Position numbers and translations under genes: made by a program. A stretch of DNA of 45,312 bases from Bacteroidaceae bacterium (GTDB taxonomy: Bacteria; Bacteroidota; Bacteroidia; Bacteroidales; Bacteroidaceae), in the NCBI GenBank assembly GCA_017424485.1, contig JAFOYZ010000104.1:1-45312 (forward strand), in the 5' to 3' direction. Under the pieces are notes generated by a model. The model was not told where the DNA came from. It worked only from the letters and a program-made list of their open reading frames with translations, and did not search any database. Positions 35,099 through 43,691 of the stretch are shown here, piece after piece; position 1 is the stretch's first letter; each line of letters starts with the position of its first letter.

Positions 35099-35156
35099 AA
35101 CGTTGCAGCGAAGCATGCTTCGCTGCACTCTGCCAGGTCAAAAATAAAACTTTTTT
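35096..35156. repeat. Right terminal inverted repeat (61 bp)
   Basis: Reverse complement of 32910-32970 with 4 mismatches. Its internal 22-bp perfect palindrome is GCAGCGAAGCATGCTTCGCTGC. Confidence 0.9.
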
Positions 35157-35157
35157 A

Positions 35158-35199
35158 CTCGGTGAAAAGGCCTATTTTGTGCCTTTTCACCGAGTTTTT
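35158..35199 (+). terminator. Strong intrinsic terminator immediately outside the right TIR
   Basis: CTCGGTGAAAAGGC-9 nt-GCCTTTTCACCGAG (14-bp perfect stem) followed by TTTTT. Confidence 0.7.
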
Positions 35200-35236
35200 C
35201 TAACTTGATGCCTCTTCTAAATCTATATTTCATAGC

Positions 35237-35276
35237 AATCACGCTGGGCGCTACAGATGCAGCGCCCAGCGTGATT
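35237..35276. other. 15-bp perfect-stem hairpin 45 nt downstream of the ftsW stop
   Basis: AATCACGCTGGGCGC-10 nt-GCGCCCAGCGTGATT with no adjacent T-run. It may be an RNA 3'-end stabiliser or a recombination site; function unknown. Confidence 0.35.
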
Positions 35277-35320
35277 ATGCAAACCAGAATAAGTAATTAC
35301 GTGAACAGCACTTTGCGTAT

Positions 35321-36571
35321 CTATGCATTCACAATCGATGAATCTCTCAAGATTTCAGGGATATCATCCTCGGCCTGTTCGGCTGCAGCAGCTTGGGCAT
35401 CGCGAGCCATCTTCTCGGTATGGTAGCTGACGCTGAGTATCATGCCGATATAGCAGCAATTGATGATGGTAGAGGTTCCTCCTCGGCTTATCAGCGGAAG
35501 GGGCTGACCGGTAACAGGGAAGAGGCCTACAGCAACCATCATATTGAGCATGGCCTGTGCCACAAGCATCAGCGCACAACCCATGACCAGGAACGCAGGG
35601 AAATACCCTCGACACCTCTGCGCTATCTTGGCCGCTCGTATGAGCAAGATAATATAGAGCATCACCACAAAGGCACCTCCTAGCAGGCCTGTCTCTTCGA
35701 TGATGATGGCAAAGATAAAGTCGGAATAGGCCTGAGGCAGATAGTCGCGCTCCACAGAGTTGCCCGGACCGCGACCTATGATATTGCTCGATGCAATGGC
35801 CATCGCGGCATGCGACTCCTGATAGTTCTCGTCGGTAATCTTATACTGTGCGGCGGGGATAGCATCAGAATCACCAAAACGCTGGATACGTGCCTGCCAG
35901 GTGACGAGTCGATTAAGGCCCTGAATCTTGCCTAATGTCTTACTAGGTACGAAGAGCAACACAGAAAGGAAGAGTGCAGCAGCGGCACATAACGCGAAGA
36001 ATAGTTTGAGTAACTGACGCATGGGTACACGACCTACATACATCATCAGACATACCACGCCGAAGAGCAATACAGCGGTAGAGAGGTTTTCAGGTGCGAT
36101 GAGTCCACACACGATAATGGTCATCCAGAGTATCCACTTCATGGCATTGGGTGTAGCACCATCCTCTGTCTGCATACGTGATAGGATAACTGCCGTACCC
36201 ATGACCACGCCCACCTTGGCAAACTCAGAAGGCTGTATGGTAAAGCCTGCAACCCTCATCCATCTGGCGGCATCATTGACATCGACTCCTTTTAGCAAGA
36301 CCCATATCAACATGCATATAGATGCCGGAACAAGCACAAGCGGTATGGTCTTATAGAAACGGTAAGGGATAAGATGAGCTACATAGACCACGCCCAAACC
36401 CAAGAACAAGTAGGTACTATGCTGGCGGATAGGCCACCAGTAATTACCACCACTCTTATAGGTAAGCATACTAGCCGCACTGAACACCTCCACTATAGAG
36501 ATGAGTAGCAGCAACATGAATACCACCCACACGACTTTGTCGCCACGAAATATTCGATTCAGAAAATCCAT
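35321..36571 (-). CDS. ftsW: SEDS-family peptidoglycan glycosyltransferase FtsW
   Basis: 416 aa with about 10 TM helices and PLPLISRGGTS. It lies between murD and the position where murG would be. Confidence 0.88.
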   Translation of the reverse strand: MDFLNRIFRGDKVVWVVFMLLLLISIVEVFSAASMLTYKSGGNYWWPIRQHSTYLFLGLGVVYVAHLIPYRFYKTIPLVLVPASICMLIWVLLKGVDVNDAARWMRVAGFTIQPSEFAKVGVVMGTAVILSRMQTEDGATPNAMKWILWMTIIVCGLIAPENLSTAVLLFGVVCLMMYVGRVPMRQLLKLFFALCAAAALFLSVLLFVPSKTLGKIQGLNRLVTWQARIQRFGDSDAIPAAQYKITDENYQESHAAMAIASSNIIGRGPGNSVERDYLPQAYSDFIFAIIIEETGLLGGAFVVMLYIILLIRAAKIAQRCRGYFPAFLVMGCALMLVAQAMLNMMVAVGLFPVTGQPLPLISRGGTSTIINCCYIGMILSVSYHTEKMARDAQAAAAEQAEDDIPEILRDSSIVNA

Positions 36572-36605
36572 CGATTTGATTTACGATTTATAAATTTATT
36601 TTTAT

Positions 36606-36721
36606 GGAGTTCAGGAGTCAGGAGTGACGCTTCGCTTAGGAGTGCAGACAATAGCGAAGCACTTGGCTATCGCGTAACTGCGGTATTGTCTGAACTCCTG
36701 AACTTCTGACTTCTGTACTCC
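36606..36721. repeat. GGAGT/ACTCC-word palindromic element, copy B (murD-ftsW spacer)
   Basis: The plus strand begins GGAGTTCAGGAGTCAGGAGT..AGGAGTGCAGACAATAGCGAAGC and ends ..CTGCGGTATTGTCTGAACTCCTGAACTTCTGACTTCTGTACTCC. The arms pair over ~40 bp, and several pairs are G-U only in the plus-strand RNA. Confidence 0.8.
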
Positions 36722-36728
36722 TAAATAA

Positions 36729-38060
36729 CTACAATTTTCTCACACACTCCTTAAATTGCACGCCACGGTCTTCGTAACTCTTGAAGAGATCGAAGCTGGC
36801 GCAACAGGGACTGAGCAATACAGCCTCACCCTTCTGTGCCATGCGGTAGGCTGCATCGACAGCATCCTGCATGCTCTGCACATCGGCTACGGGCAATCCG
36901 AAGGGATCGAAGAAGGCGTGCAACTTCTCATTGTGCAAACCCATATAGATGAGTCCTACACACTTCTCGCGTACGAGATCAGCTATTTCCGTATAGTCGT
37001 TACCTTTGTCCTTGCCACCAAGAATGAGGATCGTCTTCTGTGTCATGCTCTGCAGAGCATACCAGCAGCTGTTAACGTTGGTTGCCTTGGAGTCGTTGAT
37101 ATAGTCGACCCCACGCACACGAGCCACATATTCGAGCCGATGCTCCACACCCTTAAATGTGGCTAAGGCCTGACGTATCACCTCTTTCTGGATACCCGAA
37201 AGTGAGGCTGAGATACCTGCAGCCATAGAATTATACAGGTTGTGCTTGCCCGTGAGAGCCAGCTCTTCCTGCTCCATATTGAAGGCATAGGGAGCAGCAA
37301 AGTAGAGTTCATCAGCATCAGTGTAGGCCATCACACCATCGCGCTTATCCTCGGCAAAGGGGTACAGCTTGGCATGAATGCCATGCTTGGAGAGCTCACG
37401 CTGAATAATGGGGTCGTCGTTCCAGAAGATGAAGGCATCGTCGTCAGTCTGATTCTGCACGATGCGGAACTTGGCATCCACATACTCCTGCATGTTATGG
37501 TTGTAGCGATCGAGATGGTCGGGCGTGATATTGAGCAAGATGGCGATATTGGCACGGAACTCATACATATTGTCGAGCTGGAAGCTAGACAGCTCTATCA
37601 CATACCAGTCATAGTCACACGTGGCCACCTGATAGGCAAGGCTCTGCCCAATGTTACCTGCAAGGCCCACATTGTAACCTGCACTTTTGAAGATATGGTA
37701 GATGAGCGATGTGGTCGTTGTCTTACCATTACTACCGGTGATACACACCATCTTGGCATTGGTGTAGCGTCCGGCAAACTCAATCTCTGAGATAACGGGT
37801 ATACCCCGCTCTTGTATCTTGAGCATCATGGGGGCATCGGCCGGAATGCCTGGACTCTTGATAATCTCGTCGGCATTGAGAATCAGTGCCTCGGTATGCT
37901 GCCCATCCTCCCATGCTATATGGTACTCCTCGAGCATCTGCTTGTAATGCTCCTTGATCTTCGACATATCGGAAAGGAATACATCGAACCCCTCTTTCTG
38001 TGCCAGGACAGCGGCACCTACGCCACTCTCGCCTCCACCTAATACAACGACTCGCTTCAT
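36729..38060 (-). CDS. murD: UDP-N-acetylmuramoylalanine--D-glutamate ligase
   Basis: 443 aa with GGGESGVGAA and ITGSNGKTTTT motifs. Confidence 0.92.
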   Translation of the reverse strand: MKRVVVLGGGESGVGAAVLAQKEGFDVFLSDMSKIKEHYKQMLEEYHIAWEDGQHTEALILNADEIIKSPGIPADAPMMLKIQERGIPVISEIEFAGRYTNAKMVCITGSNGKTTTTSLIYHIFKSAGYNVGLAGNIGQSLAYQVATCDYDWYVIELSSFQLDNMYEFRANIAILLNITPDHLDRYNHNMQEYVDAKFRIVQNQTDDDAFIFWNDDPIIQRELSKHGIHAKLYPFAEDKRDGVMAYTDADELYFAAPYAFNMEQEELALTGKHNLYNSMAAGISASLSGIQKEVIRQALATFKGVEHRLEYVARVRGVDYINDSKATNVNSCWYALQSMTQKTILILGGKDKGNDYTEIADLVREKCVGLIYMGLHNEKLHAFFDPFGLPVADVQSMQDAVDAAYRMAQKGEAVLLSPCCASFDLFKSYEDRGVQFKECVRKL

Positions 38061-38062
38061 AG

Positions 38063-39343
38063 TTATCTTATCTTCAATGTTATTATCGTCACTGCAGCCA
38101 ATATGATGGTCACAATCCAGAACCGCACGGTAATCTTCGCTTCGTGGAAAAGGGTATCAGGGTGTGTCACCTTGATGCTACAGCCAGGATCGACCTTCTG
38201 CACTTGGGCCACCGAGGTGCGGAAATGGTCATGAATGGGGGTACGCTTGAAAAAGCGTTGCTTTACCCCCTTTTTCTTACCAGCCTTGTAATAGAAACGC
38301 TGGATGATGACAGAGAGACTCTCGACGAAGAACACGCCACAGAGAATAGGGATGAGCAGCTCCTTACGGATAATAATAGCGCTCACAGCAATGATACCTC
38401 CAATGGTGAGGCTGCCCGTATCACCCATGAACACCTGGGCTGGGAAGGCATTGTACCAAAGGAAACCGATGAGGGCCCCCACAAAAGCACATAAGTATAC
38501 CACCAGTTCCTCTGAACCTGGTATATACATGATATTCAGGTAACCGGCCATAGATATATGACTGGACACATAGGCCAATATACCTAGCACTACACCGATA
38601 ATGGCCGAATTGCCAGCCGCCATACCATCCATACCATCATTGAGATTGGCACTGTTTGACACAGCCGTCACCACTAGAATAGTCATAAAGACAAACAAGA
38701 GCCATCCACCCACCTGCTTGTACTCACCTAACCAGTTGAAGGCATCGGCATAGTCGAGGTTGTTGTTCTTGAAGAAGGGGATAGTGGTCTTGGTAGACTT
38801 CTTCGCCTCACTCTTATGCACAATTTCAGTGGCACCAGCCGCACCACGCTGTACTTCTACGTTCTCACGGATAACGGCTTGGTCACTCAAGTAGAGCGTA
38901 AGGCCCACAATAAAACCGAGACCCACCTGACCGATAATCTTGAACATGCCGTGCAGTCCCTCCTTATCACGCTTGAACACCTTGATATAGTCATCGGCAA
39001 AGCCCAAAGCGCCAAGCCACACCGTGGTGACAAGCATGAGTATCATATATACATTGTGAAGCCGGCCGAGCAACAGGCACGGGATGAGTATCGCTGCCAA
39101 GATAATGACACCACCCATCGTAGGAGTACCAATCTTCTGCACGCCAAACGGATCGATGCTTGCATCGCGCTGCGTCTCGGTAATCTGCTGTCGCTTGAGC
39201 ATATCGATAAAGTGCTTACCGAAGATGGTAGACACCAACAGGGCTATGATGATAGCAAGCAGTGAGCGGAACGAGATATAGGTAAACATGCCCGCACCAG
39301 GGACATTCAGTTTGTCAAGATAATTGAAGAGATAGTATAACAT
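38063..39343 (-). CDS. mraY: Phospho-N-acetylmuramoyl-pentapeptide transferase
   Basis: 426 aa, polytopic, with NLNDGMDGMA and FMGDTGSL motifs. Confidence 0.92.
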   Translation of the reverse strand: MLYYLFNYLDKLNVPGAGMFTYISFRSLLAIIIALLVSTIFGKHFIDMLKRQQITETQRDASIDPFGVQKIGTPTMGGVIILAAILIPCLLLGRLHNVYMILMLVTTVWLGALGFADDYIKVFKRDKEGLHGMFKIIGQVGLGFIVGLTLYLSDQAVIRENVEVQRGAAGATEIVHKSEAKKSTKTTIPFFKNNNLDYADAFNWLGEYKQVGGWLLFVFMTILVVTAVSNSANLNDGMDGMAAGNSAIIGVVLGILAYVSSHISMAGYLNIMYIPGSEELVVYLCAFVGALIGFLWYNAFPAQVFMGDTGSLTIGGIIAVSAIIIRKELLIPILCGVFFVESLSVIIQRFYYKAGKKKGVKQRFFKRTPIHDHFRTSVAQVQKVDPGCSIKVTHPDTLFHEAKITVRFWIVTIILAAVTIITLKIR

Positions 39344-39392
39344 TGTAATACAGTTTCTTTAGATACGTATATTCGGGAATCACAAAAATCAA

Positions 39393-39420
39393 CTGCGAAG
39401 ATACATAAAATAATTGACAA
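39393..39420 (-). promoter_or_regulatory. 28-bp promoter module, copy 2 (upstream of mraY)
   Basis: Identical to 31731-31758. Its -7 box TATCTTCG is at 39396-39403, 52 nt upstream of the mraY ATG. Confidence 0.6.
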
Positions 39421-39613
39421 AGTATCATTAACTTTACCGAAGTTCAGCCACATGTGAAGAATAATTACAGGCAAGCTTCATGAGCAGGCTTGGGCAAAGG
39501 GCATCAAAATGTCTTTTACCATATAGAGGGTTCGGAGACGGCTTTCCTATCAGTTAGTTGGCATCATATGTAAAAATAATCTCTCTCATACATCTGCAGA
39601 GAGAAAAAATGTG

Positions 39614-39621
39614 TATATTTG
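39614..39621 (+). promoter_or_regulatory. -7 box TATATTTG for the amidohydrolase/dehydrogenase pair
   Basis: 51 nt upstream of the ATG at 39673. Confidence 0.45.
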
Positions 39622-39672
39622 TTGCATACAACGCGTGAATTATCAATAAAAACAAAAAAAAGAGACTAGGAT

Positions 39673-40590
39673 ATGAATATCATTGATGCACATGCCCACT
39701 TGTGGTTACGACAAGACACGGTGGTGGACGGATTCCCCATACGCACTCTTGAAAATGGACGATCGCTCTTCATGGGTGAGGTTCGCCAGATGATACCTCC
39801 CTTCATGACGGACGGAGTGAACAGCGCAGAGGTATTTCTCTCAAACATGGATTATGCACAGGTATCTGCAGCCGTCATCACGCAGGAGTTTATCGATGGC
39901 ATACAGAATGACTATCTCATGGAGGTTGCCCAACGCTACCCTAACCGCTTTCTCGTATGTGGCATGTGTGAATTCCGCAAACCGGGATTTATGCCCCATG
40001 CCAAAGAACTGCTCGACAAAGGATTTCGAGCTATCAAGATTCCAGCCCAACGTCTATTGTTAAAAGAGGGGCGTGTGATGCTCACCTCTGACGAGATGAT
40101 GCAGATGATGCATCTCATGGAAGAGCGTGAAGCCATACTCTCCATAGATCTTGCCGACGGCAATATACAGGTGGGTGAGATGGAAGAGATTATCAGCGAG
40201 TGCCCCAATCTGAAGATTGCCATCGGACACTTCGGCATGGTGACCCGTGAGGGATGGAAAGAGCAAATCAAACTGGCCAGGCACCGCAATGTGCGTATAG
40301 AGTCGGGGGGTATCACATGGCTATTCAACGATGAGTTCTATCCCTTCAAAGGGGCTATACGCGCTATACGCGAAGCTGCAGACCTTGTCGGCATGGAGAA
40401 ACTGATGTGGGGCTCAGACTATCCGCGCACCATCACTGCCATCACCTACCGCATGAGTTATGACTTCGTCACCAAGAGCAACGAGCTTACCGAAGAGGAG
40501 AAAAGGCTATTCCTCGGCATGAATGCACAAGAGTTCTACGGATTCAATGAATTAGTAGATCTTCCTTATATAAAGAATATGTCAGAATAA
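39673..40590 (+). CDS. Metal-dependent amidohydrolase-2 family hydrolase (lactonase/decarboxylase-like)
   Basis: 305 aa with an N-terminal IDAHAHLW metal-binding HxH motif and a late WGSDYP motif. Confidence 0.7.
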   Translation: MNIIDAHAHLWLRQDTVVDGFPIRTLENGRSLFMGEVRQMIPPFMTDGVNSAEVFLSNMDYAQVSAAVITQEFIDGIQNDYLMEVAQRYPNRFLVCGMCEFRKPGFMPHAKELLDKGFRAIKIPAQRLLLKEGRVMLTSDEMMQMMHLMEEREAILSIDLADGNIQVGEMEEIISECPNLKIAIGHFGMVTREGWKEQIKLARHRNVRIESGGITWLFNDEFYPFKGAIRAIREAADLVGMEKLMWGSDYPRTITAITYRMSYDFVTKSNELTEEEKRLFLGMNAQEFYGFNELVDLPYIKNMSE

Positions 40591-40601
40591 AAGTTTTTCA
40601 T

Positions 40602-41618
40602 ATGAAAGCCATACAAATTAACGCAACTGGACAGGTACAACTAGTAGAACTGCCCCAGCCATCCTATCAGAGCAACGAAATACTAGTAAGGATTGAGTAC
40701 GTAGGATTCTGCGGATCAGACCTCAACACCTTTCTTGGAAGAAATCCCATGGTAAAACTGCCTGTAATACCGGGGCATGAGATAGGAGCAGTCATTGAAG
40801 CGGTGGGCGCTGATGTACCCACGACATTTGTTCCTGGTATGACCGTAACGCTAAACCCCTACACCAACTGCGGATATTGCGCCGCATGCAGGAACGGACG
40901 TACGAATGCATGCGAACATAACGAGACATTAGGGGTACAACGCAACGGAGCCATGTGTGAATACATCGCGGTACCATGGCAGAAGGTGATACCAACAGCA
41001 GGCATCTCATCGCGCGACAGCGCACTCATAGAGCCTATGAGCGTAGGGTTTCATGCCATAAACCGCGCTGCAGTAACCGATGTTGATACGGTAATGGTCA
41101 TCGGATGCGGCATGATAGGAATAGGAGCCATTGTACGTGCCGCCCTACGCGGAGCCACTGTCATTGCAGTAGACATTGACGATGATAAGTTGTCCTTGGC
41201 TCATGAAGTGGGAGCTACCTATACCATCAACAGCCTAACAAAAGATTTGCATGCACGCCTGCAAGCCCTTACGCAAGGCATGGGACCCACCGTAGTCATC
41301 GAGGCCGTAGGCTCTCCCCTCACCTACCAGACAGCCATCACAGAGGTAGCCTTCACAGGACGTGTGGTATACATCGGGTATGCCAAGAGTGACGTATCGT
41401 TTACCACCAAATATTTCGTACAGAAAGAACTCGATATAAGAGGTTCGCGCAATGCCATGCCCGAGGACTTCAGGGCTGTCATACGCTACCTCAATAGGAA
41501 CACATGCCCTATAGAGCGTCTCATCAGTAAGGTCATTGCTCCCGAGGAGGCACACAACGCTCTGCAGCAATGGGCTGAAGAGCCAGGAAAGGTATTCAGG
41601 ATATTGGTAAAGTTTTAA
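40602..41618 (+). CDS. Zinc-dependent medium-chain alcohol/polyol dehydrogenase
   Basis: 338 aa with CGSD..GHEIGAVIEAVG, a structural zinc site (CGYCAACRNGRTNAC) and a VIGCGMIGIG Rossmann motif. Confidence 0.85.
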   Translation: MKAIQINATGQVQLVELPQPSYQSNEILVRIEYVGFCGSDLNTFLGRNPMVKLPVIPGHEIGAVIEAVGADVPTTFVPGMTVTLNPYTNCGYCAACRNGRTNACEHNETLGVQRNGAMCEYIAVPWQKVIPTAGISSRDSALIEPMSVGFHAINRAAVTDVDTVMVIGCGMIGIGAIVRAALRGATVIAVDIDDDKLSLAHEVGATYTINSLTKDLHARLQALTQGMGPTVVIEAVGSPLTYQTAITEVAFTGRVVYIGYAKSDVSFTTKYFVQKELDIRGSRNAMPEDFRAVIRYLNRNTCPIERLISKVIAPEEAHNALQQWAEEPGKVFRILVKF

Positions 41619-41776
41619 GAGTCTGAGTCTGCGCCAAACGACTGAGCCAGAAGAGAGTTTTTTCTGCCAAGAGATTAAAAAACTGCAAAAAAATTAGTTT
41701 ATATCGGCAATATTTCTTTTATTTGCCAACCCTATTGGGAAATCATACCGTGTAATCAACTTAACAAAACAAGAAT

Positions 41777-43603
41777 ATGACGGAAACGTACGATCCTCAG
41801 GCCAATGCCAATCAGCAAGAGCCGGTAGTAGAAGGGAATGCTTTGCCCCAAAGTGAAGCGACTGAAGAGCAAGCGGTCAACGCTGCTGACACTCAAGAGA
41901 TACAACAAAATAAGTCTGAAGGGATGCAGACATGTGAAGACATCGTCGCAAGAATCAAAGTCCTTGCAGAGGATCCTTTAAATGCTCCCAAAGAGGAACT
42001 GGATCAGCTGAAACAGGCATTCTATAAGCTACACCGCGCAGCAGTAGATGCCGCACGTGAAGCACACATCGCTGCTGGCGGAACCATCGAAGAGTTCAAA
42101 GCAGACACCACTCAAGAGGAGGCATACAAAGCTGCCATGAGTGTGATAAAAGAGAAACGAGCCGAACAGCTACGCGAAGAAGAGCGCATACGCGAGGAAA
42201 ACGCCTTGCGCAAAGAGGCCATTCTCGACCGCATACAAACAATGGTAGAGAATGCCGACAAGGAGCAAGCTTCGTACAATGATTTCAAAGCACTGCAACA
42301 AGAGTGGAAAGAGGTAGGCGAAGTATCGGCAACCAAACAAACAGACCTATGGAAACGATACCAACAGCTGACAGAACGCTTCTACGACATCTTGAAACTC
42401 AACATCGAGTTTAGAGAATATGACTTCAAGAAGAACCTCGAAAACAAGGTGCGTCTGTGCGAGTCTGCCGAACGACTTGCCGAAGAGGAGGACGTAGTTT
42501 CAGCTTTCCATCAACTGCAGAAACTACATCAGGAGTACAGAGAGACAGGGCCAGTAGCCAAGGAACTGCGTGAAGACATCTGGAACCGCTTCAAGAATGC
42601 CTCAACACTGGTCAACAAACGCCACCAACAACATTTCGAGGAACTGAAGAAGAAAGAACAGGAGAACCTGGAAAAGAAAACAGCCATCTGTGAAGCTGTA
42701 GAGGCTATTGAATTAGACAAGCTAACCGGATATTCACTTTGGAACGAGAAAACACAAGAGGTGATTGCACTCCAGGAAGAGTGGAAGACGATTGGGTTTG
42801 CTCCACAAAAGATGAATACAAAGATCTTCGAACGTTTCCGTGCGGCATGTGACAATTTCTTTAATCAAAAGGGTGAATTCTTCAAAGGAATGAGAGATGG
42901 CCTGACAGAGAATCTGGAGAAGAAGCTCAGCCTATGCGAACAAGCTGAAGCACTACAGAACAGCACTGACTGGAAAGGCACTGCGGATAAGTTAGCGGCA
43001 TTGCAACGCGAATGGAAGACTATAGGTCCTGTTGCCAAGAAGCAGTCTGACATCGTATGGAAACGATTCATCACGGCATGTGATGCCTTCTATGAGAAAC
43101 GCAAAGAGGCAGGATCAACACAACGCTCGGTAGAGCATGAGAACCTCGCCAAGAAGAAAGAGGTTATTGCCGCTCTATCTGCCATTAACCCGGAAGACAT
43201 CAGCGAAGCAGATGCTAGCAAGATGCATGACCTCATCAAGGAATGGAATAGCATAGGACATGTGCCTTTCCGTGACAAAGACAAGATATACAAGCAATAT
43301 AAGGCAATTATAGATAGCTTGTTTGATGCCCTACACAAAAACGAAGCCAGCAAGAGGGTAGCTCGTTTCAAAGACTCTATAAAGGAGGGCATGAACGTAA
43401 ACCGTGAGCGTGAGAGATTGCTCAGAGCATACGATAACTTGTGCAATGAAATCAAAACATACGGAAATAATCTGGGATTCCTTACATCATCAAGCAAAAG
43501 CGGCAATAGCCTCGTAGCTGAGATGCAGCGCAAAATGGAGAAGTTAAAAGCAGATGCCGAAATAATACTTAAGAAGATAAAGGCATTGAACGAAGAGGAG
43601 TAA
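41777..43603 (+). CDS. DUF349-repeat protein
   Basis: 608 aa, helical, with repeated LQ(Q/E/R)EWK.(V/I)G and (W/I)W.RF motifs. At least 4 repeats are present. Confidence 0.65.
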   Translation: MTETYDPQANANQQEPVVEGNALPQSEATEEQAVNAADTQEIQQNKSEGMQTCEDIVARIKVLAEDPLNAPKEELDQLKQAFYKLHRAAVDAAREAHIAAGGTIEEFKADTTQEEAYKAAMSVIKEKRAEQLREEERIREENALRKEAILDRIQTMVENADKEQASYNDFKALQQEWKEVGEVSATKQTDLWKRYQQLTERFYDILKLNIEFREYDFKKNLENKVRLCESAERLAEEEDVVSAFHQLQKLHQEYRETGPVAKELREDIWNRFKNASTLVNKRHQQHFEELKKKEQENLEKKTAICEAVEAIELDKLTGYSLWNEKTQEVIALQEEWKTIGFAPQKMNTKIFERFRAACDNFFNQKGEFFKGMRDGLTENLEKKLSLCEQAEALQNSTDWKGTADKLAALQREWKTIGPVAKKQSDIVWKRFITACDAFYEKRKEAGSTQRSVEHENLAKKKEVIAALSAINPEDISEADASKMHDLIKEWNSIGHVPFRDKDKIYKQYKAIIDSLFDALHKNEASKRVARFKDSIKEGMNVNRERERLLRAYDNLCNEIKTYGNNLGFLTSSSKSGNSLVAEMQRKMEKLKADAEIILKKIKALNEEE

Positions 43604-43646
43604 GCGCAATCCTTCGATAGATATGACTAGCATTCACATCATAACA

Positions 43647-43676
43647 ACAGCGGCGACACATATGTGTCGCCGCTGT
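43647..43676. terminator. Bidirectional terminator (DUF349 / Lrp convergent)
   Basis: Perfect 30-bp palindrome ACAGCGGCGACACAT|ATGTGTCGCCGCTGT. Confidence 0.6.
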
Positions 43677-43691
43677 GTTATTAGCATATCC

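Larger units (their letters stand above)
32910..35156. mobile_element. TIR-bounded 2.25-kb cassette (iterons plus a VapE-like NTPase, no recombinase); nature unresolved
   Basis: 61-bp terminal inverted repeats (57/61 identical) enclose ~0.7 kb of non-coding DNA and one ORF. It sits at the position where murG is expected. Confidence 0.45.

Noticed and set aside
32910-35156. Interpreting the TIR-bounded segment as an ordinary insertion sequence or composite transposon.
   Set aside because: No DDE, serine or tyrosine recombinase ORF is present on either strand. There is no visible target-site duplication, and 61-bp hairpin-containing TIRs plus iterons are atypical for IS elements. It is kept as an unresolved element rather than called an IS.
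35205-35426. 73-aa plus-strand ORF at the ftsW 3' end.
   Set aside because: It begins in the hairpin-rich junction, overlaps ftsW in antisense, and has no motifs.
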